From the NCBI GenBank assembly GCA_043228905.1, contig JBHGNT010000015.1:2046001-2110000 (forward strand): DNA of 64,000 nt. The letters are read 5' to 3'. Positions 34,890-47,932 of the stretch are shown in pieces. The position numbers and the translations under genes were made by a program. A model generated the notes under the pieces. The model did no database searches. It was not told where the DNA came from and worked only from the letters and a program-made list of their open reading frames with translations. The stretch comes from Azolla caroliniana. Its lineage: Eukaryota; Plantae; Polypodiophyta. Position 1 is the stretch's first letter. Each line of letters begins with the position of its first letter.

Positions 34890-37381
34890 GATTGGAAAGG
34901 CACGTCGGCTATCGTAACAAGTGAGGAAGAACTACTGCTCAGATGTGAGCAGAACAAACTGAACCTTGTCAATGATGAATCGACATGGGTAGTTGATTCT
35001 GGTGCATCACTCCACCTAACCCATGACAGAAAGTGCTTCTCATCATACAAGGCCAGACACCACGGTCTCGTAAAGATGGGAAACGAAGGAGCATGCCGAA
35101 TTGTCAGCATAGGAAATGTGTGCCTCGTAACGTCGACTAGGTGTCAACTAGTACTGAAGGATGTTCGACCAAACCTAATATCAAACAGTTGGCTGGATGA
35201 CGAAGGCTACAACACTGCACGATAATCATCCAGAACAACGCCATGAAGTTCAACAAAGGGAGCTAGATTGTGGCTCGAGCCCAGAAGTTTGGCACATTAT
35301 ACTTAATGCACGCTCGGATATGTCAGCGAGCTGTGGCACAAGAGCTTGTGCCACATGAGTGAGAATGGAATGGGGAGACTTGCAGAAGACAAACTCATAC
35401 CGGAGGTGAAGAACATGCAACTGGAGAAGTGCATTGGTTGCTTAGCCGGCAAGCAGAACAAGACCTCTTTCCGAACCTGAACCCCGACTAGGAAGAGAAT
35501 GCCGCTAGAACTCGTGCATACTGATGTATGCTACGTTGACACAAAGTAGCATGCCGGTTCACAATACTTTGTGACCTTCATTGACGATTATAGTCAAAAT
35601 TTGTGGGTTTCCGTCCTGAAGACCAAGGACCAGGTATTGTTAGTCTTCAGAGAGTTCCAAGCAAGAATCGACCAAGGGTCCAGTCGAAAACTTAAAGAGG
35701 TTCGAGCCAACAACCGTGGAGAGTACTGAGGAGAGTTTGAACAGTATTGTCAGCGGAAGCGTATCTGACTCGAGTACACTGTGCTGAAGACACCAGAGCT
35801 CAATGGGATGGCCGAGAGGATGAATCAGACCATAATGGAAAGGGTTCGAAGTATGCTAACACATACAAAACTGTCCAAAACATTTTGGTCTGAGGCACTG
35901 ATGACAACAGTATACGTGATAAATAGATCACCCTCAGCACCCTTGGATGGAGATGTTCCACAAAGCGTGTGGACCGGCAAAGACATGTCATACTGACACC
36001 TGAAGGTGTTCAGTTGTCTTGCCTACGTGCATGTGACTAAGGACCAAAGGGGAACTTTAGACACCAAATCTCGGCCATGCATACTTCTCGGCTATGACAA
36101 TGAAGAATTCGGCTACCAACTATGGGACTTATTCGACAAGAAGGTCATTCAGAGTCGAGATATAGTCTTCATGCAGGAGAAGACTAATGTCGACTGGGAG
36201 AAGGAGTCGAACAAATTCTCCCAATCTGTCGGAAGTTGACAATCGACTGATGAACATGGAGAGCCGATCAAATTCAGACAAGGAGTCGGGTCGGTCAGAG
36301 GCTAGTCGAGAGTCGGAGTCGGATCTGATGATAAAGAACTTGCCGACTCCAACCCAGAAGAAGAACCAGTTGAAGGAGAAGAAGAAGATTCCATCAAGCT
36401 GGCTGAGGAAAACATTAAGCTATCATCGACATAGGTTTTGAAGATGAAAATAGAGAAAGTTGAAATGATGAAGGTACCATATGCTTCAATAGTCAAAAGA
36501 CTGATGTATGCGATGGTATGTACCAGGCTGGACATTGGATATGTTGTCGGAGTCGTCATCCGATACATGTGCAACCCCGGAAGAGAGCATTGGACATCAG
36601 TTACGTGGATACTTCGGTACCTGCATGTGTCTCTGATTCGGCTCAGGTCACCCTATGTTAGACGGCTTTACCAATTTAGACATGTCGGTTGATGTAGATA
36701 TACCAGTCAATCCATGTCCAAGTATGTGATGACTTGTACAAGGGGAGCCGTCTCGTGGTAGTTAAGGTTGCAAAAGGCCATGGCATTGTCGACCACGAAA
36801 GCTGAGTACATGGTAGTTGTCGAAGCCGGTAAGGAAATGATATGGATGAAGGAGTTTGTCGGAGAGCTGGGAATTCGACACAGTGAATTTCGACTCTACT
36901 ACGGCAACCAAAGTGCCATCCACCTTGTTAAGAATAGGCCTACCACTCGAGCCCAAACACATCCAAATGCAATATCACTGGGTTTGAGAACGAGTAGAAG
37001 AAGGGGAGTTTTCTCTAACGAAGATCCACAAATCGGAGAACGGATCTGACATGTTGACAAAGGTGTTGTCGGCAGAAAGGCTAGAAGCATGTTGGAGTCG
37101 GGTTGGACTAGTGAAGGGGGAGTTTGTTGAGAATTAGGTCCCTTTCGAATGGGCCGAATTATGGACAAAGGAAAATATAAATAGGTTTGAGTCGAGCCTA
37201 CTTAGGCCAGTTATGTAAATAGCCCGAAAGTTATTTTAGTATAAAGATAACTAGGGCAAACCTTATGTCTATGTGTTCACGGTGAGAATAGTTTAGTTGT
37301 CTTGTTCATTGTCTTGTTGTGTAACTTATATGTATAACGGTGTACAGCGTGTGCGAGGTCGTTGCCTCTATAGTAGAAAAG

Positions 37382-37428
<47 letters not shown>

Positions 37429-37684
37429 GAGTGAGTGAGTGCCTATGTTGTAACCGCCTATTGGCGAAGTGTATGAACTCAAGGTCGGTGCCTATGAGTT
37501 CATCTTGTATCTTTCCTCTCATAGTGAATTTGTTTGGTGTCTATGGGCACTCATGGGTTTTACCTGATTTGGGGATTTCCATGTTAATACCTTGTGCAAA
37601 TTTATTTTCTGTTTCTCTCTGTATTTGCTTGTTCCCTATTCCGCATTTGACTCGATTGTGGCTGAGTTCCCGTTTTCCGTAACA
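34890..37684 (+). mobile_element. Degenerate, internally deleted Copia related to 47206-52678; 3' LTR 37125-37684
   Basis: PR WVVDSGAS, INT KTPELNGMAERMN, a jump at about 36430 to KVPYAS (most of RT missing), RH, PPT GAAGGGGGAG, then TGTTG..AACA. Confidence 0.88.
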
Positions 37685-40600
37685 CTTTTTCCTTATGTTC
37701 TCTTTATATCCTTCTTCCATCACTATATCTTTTACTCTTGGTTCTGACAACGACAATGTATAAAGTGAAAAGTTAATCAGCCACTCTTTTGCATCAACGA
37801 TGCCATTTTCTTTGGTTCAAGTCCCTCCCTAGACACTAAACCAATATCAATGGATAACTTGAAGTTTCTAGCATGTCAATTTGAATCCACATCCCTTCCT
37901 CTCTGGCTCAAGTCCATGGTGGTTCCACTCAAATAGCATATTACATACGCGTGTAACTTTGCGACAACGGTTCTCCCCCTCACATTTCATTTGCACATGT
38001 GTAACTTCACGACAACATATGAAGTGAAAAGTGCTTGCATGATTGCATGTGCCAAACCCTAACTTGGGATAGTGGTAATTAGAGTGTGATCTTTGATTAC
38101 ATGCACCAAAATCTTACCTAGCTTTCATCACAACAATCATGTTACATCTTCCAAAGTAGTAGTAATGCGAATATTTGTCGATATGGGACATTAATGGTAG
38201 GTTAACTATGCGTTAATCATAGTTGGGAGTGGTAAGGAGGGCTATGTTCTTCAATTCAATTTATTCACATTTGTATTACTTTAATTTGACCTATTATTAG
38301 TAAAAGATTTTTAATAGTTGACGATCATGGTTAGCACATCATCAAAAGGTGATGATGAAGCTTACACATGTAGTGTCTAGAGGTAGTTGCCTACGTATAA
38401 GTATGTACAAGAAGTTTGAAAAATGTCAAACATATGTTATCCTTTGGTGGGAGTTTAATTTAAAATAAGACACACACAAGGAAAAGGCCAATTGGGTTAA
38501 CCTAGTGTGAATCCTTTGAGCCCAAGTATATGAATGAGTAACCTAAGGCTTGGATGGAGGCAAAGCTTATTTAAGTTATGATTTTAGAGAAAATCTTTGG
38601 AGAGTGAGAGAGAAATGTTGTACATGATCTTGTACTTACTATTGTGAATAGTAAAGTTGCATTCTATAGCGTTAACAATTAAATCTTAGTATAATCTCAT
38701 TGTATCTTTGAGTCTTGTGTCACCATAATGATTTTCTACTGTATTGGTTTCTATTATATAGATGTGTAACGTGTTGTATCATCTTCAGGTCTTACTTAAG
38801 TTGTCCTAACTACAACTCTTGTGTGAAGTGTTGGTAGGCAAGCATGTCAAGGGTATGCTTTATTTTAATATTTTCTCAAAATAAACACATCAAATCATGG
38901 ATGGTTTCTAATCTTCCGTACCATTATATTTCCTATTCCTTTCTTCAAGATGATGATTTCACAACGTTATGGGGCGATTGAGAGGACAATTTACAAAATA
39001 GGTCATTGTATTAGCCAATCCTTTATTAAAGACTATCATGGATTATTATATATGTATATAAATGCGCATGTCTTTACTTTGTATTGGTCTTCATCGTTCT
39101 CCTTGTTTTTTGTAGAATTATCATAAATTTGACTATTCACTATATTTTTATCAAATTGATCTTACACAAAGGTTTTTGTAGGGACAATGGAATTGAATCA
39201 TAAAATGTTTAATCAATTGATTTAAATATCCTAGCACAAGTTAAAGTTAAACATGCTTTTGATCCCACATTTAATAAACACAAAATTCTACGAATAGTTG
39301 AACAAGCACTAAGTTTTGTTCAAAAAGGGAAAGTAGTAAATATATGAATTAATCCTAACTTGGTATAGTGAAAAGGTATATGAAATCTTGATGGATAAGT
39401 TTTGATGTATGATGTTATGTAGACTTGGCCAATCATGTATCAATGTGGGAAGAATCATTTCCTGAATATTCAACAAGAAAGAGCATTTATTGTGCACAAT
39501 TTACATTGCTCGTTGCTTTTATCGTATTGAATGTTGATTTAAACTTAAAAAACCTCTTGGTTGAGAAAAGGTCTCATGACAATATAACAATTGTTGAAAG
39601 GGCTTTGGAGTTTTCCCACTTAAAATACATAACCATATGTTTCATTTATTTTTTCCCACCTCTCTTGAAGTGCTTATGGAATCATTCCTCTTTCACAATA
39701 TAAAATGTGAATTTGTACAAACACAATGTTCAATAGGATGGGTTTATCATCCACAACATATATAAATGGGATAGTAACATTAATACTGTGTTAGTGCCCT
39801 TTGCATTTGTACTCAATTAGACTACAACTTAGGTAGTATAAACTATTGCGGGATCATGAAAAGCTTGCTTACTTCTTCTCTGAAACTCATTCTTTTCTTC
39901 TTTCCATAGAAAAATATATAGGAAAGATCAATATATTTTAATGAGCATGGATTCTAGTGGTATAAGGTTAGAAGAATAAAGAATCTTGAAGAGTACAATT
40001 CCTTCTTGTTTCAAAATCTTGTTACATACCTTAAATTCCAATCCCATTGTGAGTGTCATTAATGAATATGTGAGCTTTCTTTCAAGAGGAGACCTAAGAT
40101 TATGCATATAAAAAAAGCATCAAAGAATATGGTAGAATACATAATAGGGTGTCAAAGATAATCTACAATACTAGGATTCACATTCGAAATTAGATGCATG
40201 CATAGTCATTCTTTTAAGTTGTTAAAATAATTACTATACCCTAGCGCAGTTTTCCTTTTCTTTTTATAAAAGCATATTGCTTCTAGTTTGTTTAAAGAAT
40301 AGGTATACTCATTGAGTACTTCTCTTACTGTTTTGAAATTGTATATGCCTTATAGCATACAATAACTTTGTTATTGCACGACTTTCTTGCATTTGGAAAT
40401 TCAATGTTGTGACAATATAGGTAAGGTGTCACTTGAGGTCTCATAATAATGTGAAAGGTGTTCCTATATTGTTTCTGAAAGCCCAAGCTTAGGCTTCAAA
40501 TAAGGCATGTCGCTATGTTTAGAAAAGCTTTGCTAGTTTTAAAAAAGACTTAAGAAATAAGAAATCTCCATAGATTCGATCGCACTAAGAATGCAAAGGA

Positions 40601-40910
40601 TTTGAATCTAACACCAAAGCATATGACAAGAATCTAGCATACTTTATCGTTTCCGTAATTTGTAGGATTACTAAGATCATTTCATTTATATAGTTGATGC
40701 ACCACTTTCGTGTTATCAAATATATCTTCACATACAAAATGACTACCCATTAATATATACACATATGCGGGGATATTCTCTCAAGATTAAAGTAGTTGAA
40801 GTGTACAGGGATGTAAGTTCAAACCCCTAGGCAACACCTACCTTGTATGGACTATTATCAAGCCATTGTAGGGCACTAGATGTCATCCCACTCTATTATA
40901 CATTGGTGGT

Positions 40911-40947
<37 letters not shown>

Positions 40948-43421
40948 ATGCGATACATGCCCAATTATGACCGGTTGCAAGCTTTCCTAGGTGCTATTGT
41001 CATTACATTAACATTTGTTTGTGTAGCTTTTGTTCCCCCGTTTATCACACTAATAATGTGTTAGTAAAACATGTATACTGGTATTATTAGGTGTGGGAAT
41101 CCACTTATGGCAAATTGAATGTGAGTATGCTATGCCACCTCATTGGAAGATACAATATTATTAGTAGGTTTATTCTCATTTTCCTTTTTTATTGAGAATA
41201 ACACATACAGAGCTTTGATTCCACTACCAAATGTTGAGGACATAGGGGATTTGATAGTCTTCGGAGTAAGACAAATAATATCTTAGCATTTAGTGTGAAT
41301 ATCTGAACTTCTATATTTGAATATGTAAATGTCTTTTGACGGGTGGTTACATTTCTTAATTATTCATGAGACAACAATCCTTTAGATCCTTTAGAAATTA
41401 GAGAAATAAGATATAAACATTTAGTGTTAGTACCTAAATAGATATGTTTGAATAAGTTAGGATCATTTGAAAGGAAGTTAGGTAGTTACAATGCAGAGAT
41501 TGATAAGATAACATACAATTGCCCATGAAGGAGATTAATATCAAAATGAATATAAGTTAATAGCATGTTCAAAGGAATCTCCTTTTGACAACTATAAAAG
41601 CACGTGCAAAAGATAGACATATTTAGTGATATATAATATGTATTTAGTTGAGCAAGTAATTAAGTTAAGTATTGAGTTTTCCATGACACCACTTTTCAGC
41701 AATTCGAGAATTTAGCAAAAGAACTTTGGCTAAAAGAGGGATGACATCATGGTGCTAGAGTGGCTTTTCAACGAATGTACAGAAAACTCCAAATATTTAC
41801 CGTAAGCATTGATAAACTAAATCAATGGCCCAAGCAAAAGCAATGTACACTAGAGAGGATTGGTCATTGAAGCCAAGACACGAAAAATACAATAGCCTTG
41901 AATGAAGAACAAATGCCAATCAATGAAATTATGACTTTCTATGCTTCATTCTCAAACTCAAAGAGGGATTATAAAGGGTTGTTGGATGCCTCAAAAGACA
42001 TGGAAAAAGAAAACTAAGAGATTGTTGAGGAACACATGATGCACATGTCAAATCTTACCTGACTCAAGGCATTTGAAGATGTGGTACATATGAGCAAAAC
42101 TTGATTTGGTAATGGGACAATGGAGTTGATCAAGGCAACCATATCAATGTGACATATTTTACGTTGGCCAATAACCAAAGAGTAGTTCATAGCTCTTTCA
42201 AGTACATTCAAAGTTGGCCATTTGAGTAGATGAAAATAGTTCCAAATTCACTTTAGGACATGGAAGGCAAATTTTCATAAACATAACTTTAGGATTTGTC
42301 CAATCTAAAATAGTTTTTGTGCATACATTCATGCTAAGGTGTTAAGCATAGGAAATAAGATATTGACATTTAGTGTTAATGTCCAACTGTATATTTTGAA
42401 TATGTAAATATTTGATTACTTAAATACTAACAACCACAATTAATAACAACTAACACCTAGGAGGTGAAGTGTAGCACGAATTACTAGTTCGAGCAAAAAA
42501 ATATATTTGCAATGATAAACAAGAAAATAAAGCCACGTTTTTCTACCAATATAAAGTAGATATGTGATTTGGAATTACTTCTTTTGGAAATGTAGACCAA
42601 AGTTTTGAAAATAGTGGATACATGGTTGTTGGAAAGCGCTTACAACGTGTCAAAACTGAATTCCATGTTGATTCAAACAATATGTTAAAATAAAACTGTG
42701 TATCACCATTTCATTCTTTTACCTAATCATATTGGTACTTTTGAGTCTTCACAATATGATCACACCTTATGAAGACATTGAAGTATCAAGTCAACTCCTT
42801 TAGAGTGCAACAAATAAAAGAGCCTCTATGTTCAATCTTTTGTGGCCCTTAAATGTGAAAATCACTTTTATCTTAATATATATATTGAATGCTAGCAAGG
42901 AAGGGACACATTAATCAAGTAGAACAAACTTTTTTGTTGTCTCCTAAATTAAAAAACTCTTTTCTCTCGGGGGATGCTTGACACTTATGCTCCAATATTA
43001 AGCTTGTTCTCACTCGTTGAAAATAAATTACTTTTCCATAGTCTAGCACTTATGCTTTCCCTTGGGAAATATCGTACTTGATATGATTGGTCATTTGAAA
43101 TGGTTTTTGACCTTCATAACGAATATGCGATCAAGCAAGAAAATGTGAACGAGGCAATTTATCTAATGCAATGACATCAAGTATATCCTGTAGGAGTCGA
43201 ACTTTGTGTTTCAACATGCTATCAACTTTGACAACATGAAACCCAATCACATCCCCTTTGGTATGGACACCCCCAAATTTAGGGAAGGAGATCAAAACAA
43301 TTTGTCTTGTTGCTGGGATAATGTAGAATATATGAAAAATTCCACATAAGCTACTCTTGAGAACAACTTTGATATTTGTATGCCATAACATATTGTCTAC
43401 CATTCTTGTTGGCAAGACAAA

Positions 43422-43759
43422 TGTCCGAAAAACTCACAAAGAGAATACAGAGTACGCGGGAGAAACAGAGAGAGCAGAACACAGAAACTCTAATTCAAAA
43501 TAATACTCTGTCTGTACATACAAGTGTGCTCTGTGAGCACTTTCATACAAGTCCATTATGGACGGTTAGAGGTACTGACAAGTACTTCAATGCTCATAAC
43601 TAAGCTACTGACATTAACTCCAAAAACTAGGCCTCTAATGGCCTACTGGCTCACACGTGGATCCGGCTCACTGATCCGGGCCTAGCCAATTTTTCTTCAT
43701 CCGATCTGGCTCTCGGCTTGTTCAGCCAATCCAACCCATGTTGAGCTTGCTTCTCAACA
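43422..43759 (-). mobile_element. Solo LTR related to the 804-1202 Copia LTR
   Basis: Reverse complement starts TGTTGAGAAGCAAGCTCAAC and shares the GAGCATTGAAGTAC..GGACTTGTAT blocks. The left boundary is approximate. Confidence 0.8.
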
Positions 43760-44099
43760 ATAATGATTGTAACTTGAGATTACGGAGAGAGAGAGAGAAA
43801 GGTTTAAGCTTTAACTCTAGGGAGATATTTCAAATGAGGAAGAACCTTAAACTAAAGATTTATAGTTTCTCCTTTATAACTCTTTCTTATTTAATAATAT
43901 TACAACTATTTCCCCTTTACCCTTTGGAAAGCATAAATGTTTATAGATATTACCTTTATTTCAAAAAAGGAGCTACTTTCCAATTAGTTAGGAGAGATTA
44001 TTACAAAAAGGTTATACAAGTTGCCTTATATATAAATCGGGGAATCACCCTCCGGCCGAGTTCCAGAATATGAGAAAGAAAATATGGCTACATACATAT

Positions 44100-44570
44100 C
44101 CCCTCATATTTTTTAAAAATAGTGACATCCATCACCGGCTAGCACGAGCCCAATACTTTGGCCCTCAACGAAGGGAGGGTGGGAGAGCTATAAACATATT
44201 TTCAAAGAATAGTGACATCCATTGTTGGCTAGCACGAGCCCGATACTCGAACCCTCAACGGAGGGAGGGTGGGAGGTGAGCGGGAAACAACCAATGTGGG
44301 GGTTGGTAGTTCTACCTCAAGCAGTTTCCTCCTTGCATCACCATCGGCATGCTCCTCCATTTTTGCCAAAAACATAAAGGAGCAGTGATCACATCGTCAG
44401 AGTGGTCGCAAACCTTGACCAATTGCCCTCAAAAGTAGCTGATAATCATTAACCATATATCCATGATCAATTCCTCCAGGGCCGTCCCAAATCTTGGAAG
44501 ACCTTTAGACAACGTGCTTTCCACATATACCAAAGGGTGAAGCTTGTGAACAACATCCAAATCTCCTAGA
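44100..44570 (-). mobile_element. L1-like LINE 3' fragment with a ~92-bp local duplication
   Basis: Minus-strand TLWYMWKARCLKVF matches the L1 C-terminal W..W..RN-type motif. Duplicated block at about 44115 and 44207. Confidence 0.5.
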
Positions 44571-44790
44571 AACGGGGGATGTGGTTGTCAAGCCTTTGTC
44601 AAATCAGGTCTTGGCAATTTTACCTCTTGTGCATTCATATCACTAACTATAGATATTACCTTTATACCTTATGACAATTTTACTCTCTCTCTTTCTCTCA
44701 ATGTATTATGTACAACAATGAGCCACTTGAATGCATGGAAAGCTTCAAATATCTTGGCCTTGAAGTTCCTTATGGAATGAATGTGCTACA

Positions 44791-45826
44791 CACCGCTTAG
44801 AGGCAGGTAAGCGAGCATATTATGCATTTGAGAACACATGCAATCTTGGAGATATTAATTGTTGGGTCCTCAAGAAATATCTTTTTGACACTTTGGTGAC
44901 CCCGGTTCTTCTCTATGGGGTGGAAGTATGGGGCGGTAGCATCCCTAAATCTATGTGAAAAGAGTTTGAAAATGTCCAAAAACATTTTCTTACAAAGTTT
45001 CTACAAGTTAAAACGAATGCCCTACACCCTCTTCCTTGAGACGGGATCGCTTCCCATCGAGATCATGGCCATGGAAAGGGTTGTTTAATACATGCTTAAG
45101 GTTCAAAAAAGCCTCTCACATCGACTTCCTCGAATTGCATGGGAAGCAAGCAAAAATATCCAAAAGACGCATAAAAGCAAATTTTTGTGTTCCGGTTGGA
45201 TGCAAGATTTAGAAAAATGGTTTGGTAGATGGGATGCAAGACACTTGCTTCATGATGCGTCACTAGATTCCTCTGTAAATGAGGCCTTTTTGCAACGCCA
45301 ATGTATCATGACATGGGACAAATGTGGTGGCTCACGCTTCACACATTATACTACAAATGTTGCACCTAACTACAAAACCATATTCTTCGTGGAATGGGGA
45401 AGTTGTACACATCGATACATGTTAGAGTTCATCCCGATATCTACCATTCGAACCATTGCTTCTATGCGACTTAGCTCGCACGCATTGAGATGTGAGACAG
45501 GGCATTGGGGCACAAGTGATGAGAGTGGCCGACTATGCACACTTTACCTTAAACAAGTTCGAGAGTCTGAGTATCACACTTTGATATAATGCTCTGCCTT
45601 TGATCATATTCGACCATGCTTTCCACATCTCTTTGATCGAGCCCAATCCTTGCACGAATTTCTCTCACAACCAAGATGTGCACTCTCGATTGCAACATTC
45701 ATTGGTAAAGTTCTTGAACATCGAGAGTCACTACTCACCTTTACACGTATCACATGAAATGTAATATTTTTGGTCTCATATGTCATATTTGACCTCCGAA
45801 GACAATAATATAATCTCTCTCTCTCT
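44791..45826 (+). mobile_element. 5'-truncated non-LTR retrotransposon (RTE/RTEX-like C-terminus)
   Basis: LFDTLVTPVLLYGVEVWG, E.VQK.FL, LLETG.LPI, RLSSHALRCETG..LC....ESEYH...C. The tail is TAATAATATAAT(CT)n. Confidence 0.8.
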
Positions 45827-46299
45827 CCACATCTAGAAGGATACTTCAATGTATCCCCAAATCGGAGCATCATAATCTTAGACGTCTAGAGCACACTTAA
45901 CATTAATGTTAAAATGGCACATACTTGTAAAAAATCATAGGTTGAAGATCTCTAACCTTCTCTAAAGAACAAAACAAAAAGCAAAAGATGACTACAAGAG
46001 GTCATAAACATAACACATGCAACCTTGATAGAAAACCTCACATGATAGAATATTCTTGAATGGGTTAAAAGAGGTGTGTGATTCCCAAGTTAGCTTCTAT
46101 GCTTGAAGATGAAGCATAGATAGGCTCATAGAAGACAAGAACTCACACATGGTGTGGTACATGTGCATTAAAGACCACCTCTGTTGTCATCTCGTTTGTC
46201 ATAAGAATGTAATTACCCTTTTTGGTATGTAGAAACAATTACTATTGTATTCAAATCAAAGGATATCTTTTGGCATATAATTAACATGATCTCTCTCTC

Positions 46300-46405
46300 T
46301 CTATGTTCATTGCTCTATAATCCATTGTCTACATAGTCATTTATCTGGCAATGGGTGCAAAACTCTAGCGGATAACAACTATACAGTACTACACTACAAT
46401 AGCAA
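46300..46405 (+). repeat. Left copy of a ~105-bp inverted repeat (partner at 57724-57829)
   Basis: Reverse complement match with few mismatches. Confidence 0.85.
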
Positions 46406-46687
46406 GGGTGAACCAAATTGATAAGTATGAGCTAACTTTTCTTGAACAATGACATAAAAAATACACAATGAAACCCTTTGACCTCCCACTTCTTCTCGAG
46501 AGGCTTGGATGGAAATGAAACTAGGCATAGTACAAAGTCATTTCTTTTATCGAATATGTTACACCATAACACTTTTTGTACAATACTAGAACTCTTTTAG
46601 CTTAAGTTCTATTTTTATTTTTGATGATTGGGTAAATACCAATTGTCTCATGGGCCAATTTTGGCCTTAGAAGACGTTAATCTCTCG

Positions 46688-46743
<56 letters not shown>

Positions 46744-47273
46744 GGTGTCCCTTTCATGCGAGTGCATGCCTCTTAACACACCACCCTTTTATCACACTCT
46801 TTTAGCAAACCCTTTTAGCACACCACCCCTTTTAGCCCACCTTTTTAGCACACTCTTTTGGGACGCATGTAGCTAGGCTAGCCCAAAATGGGTACCTTTG
46901 TATCTTCTATAAATTGAACGATAAGTAAGAAGTTAGGCAAGCTTGTTTGGTTTCCTTTTATGTGCATTTCACATAACTAGTGGAGAAGCGGGGTAAAATT
47001 TTAGCCATTACCACCTCGTTCATGGCATCCCAATTCCCCCTTGTTGCCTCAAACGTTGATACCCCAATGGAGCTCGAGTTCTCGCAACCTCACGAACGAC
47101 CACCCTCTTTCCAAATGGAGCAGCTCCTCCAACTCCTCTTCAACGCGATGCTTGAAATCAACCACACAAATCAAGCTATGCTCTCCTTCCTCTCCGCTAA
47201 CAACGTGTTGGGATTTCGGTCCCTCCGAATGGGATGTCCGGAGATGAATGACGGCAAGCCCGGTTGCGGTTAC

Positions 47274-47428
47274 GGAGCCGGATGATGAAGACCCTGGCTA
47301 CGGAGCCGGATGATGAAGACCCCGGCTACGGAGCCGGATGATGAATACCCCGGCTACGGAGCCGGATGATGAAGACCCCGGTTACGGAGCCGGATGCTGA
47401 AGACCCCGGTTACGGAGCCGGATGACGA
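47274..47428 (+). repeat. 28-bp tandem array in LTR U3 (5 full units in the 5' LTR, 4 in the 3' LTR)
   Basis: GGAGCCGGATGATGAAGACCCCGGCTAC units. Confidence 0.93.
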
Positions 47429-47595
47429 ATGTACCTGGAGAGAGATCCGGATGCGGGGACATATTTGTGAATATGTTTTGCCAAGAGCCCTTGAGGCTAT
47501 ATTTGTAAATAGCCCGAAAGTCATATGTGTATAAATATGACTTAGGGCAAACAGTTTAGTTGTTGTTGCTCATTTTTTATGCGAAGTGAGAGCAG

Positions 47596-47641
<46 letters not shown>

Positions 47642-47932
47642 GAGGTCGTTGCCTCTGTGTATTACCGCCGCCTGTGGCGAAGACAGTGAGCTCAAGGTTG
47701 TTGCCTTGTAGCTTCACCAGTGTACATCCCTGTTCATAGTGATAGTTGGAGTTTGAGGACTCCCGTGGTTTTTCCCATTTAGGGTTTTCACGAAAAATAT
47801 CCAGTGTACCTTTCTCTCTATTGTCCTCGTGCACTTTGTAGTTCCCGTTTTCTGTGAGTTGATCCTATTCCTCGGTTGTGGCCGAGCACTGTTTTGCAAC
47901 AATCTGGTATCAGAGCGAGGTTAACACAGAAA

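Noticed and set aside
37685-43400. Host gene exons in the AT-rich stretch
   Set aside because: Only short motif-less ORFs are present, with no supportable exon chain. Small exons cannot be excluded without RNA data.
47274-47428. 28-bp repeats (and 54-bp repeats at 21640 and 63170) as a CRISPR array
   Set aside because: They are head-to-tail repeats with no unique spacers, they lie inside LTRs, and there are no cas genes.
47876-47932. ORF-track start of the Copia polyprotein
   Set aside because: It is a non-ATG start inside the LTR. The first ATG after the PBS is at 47933.
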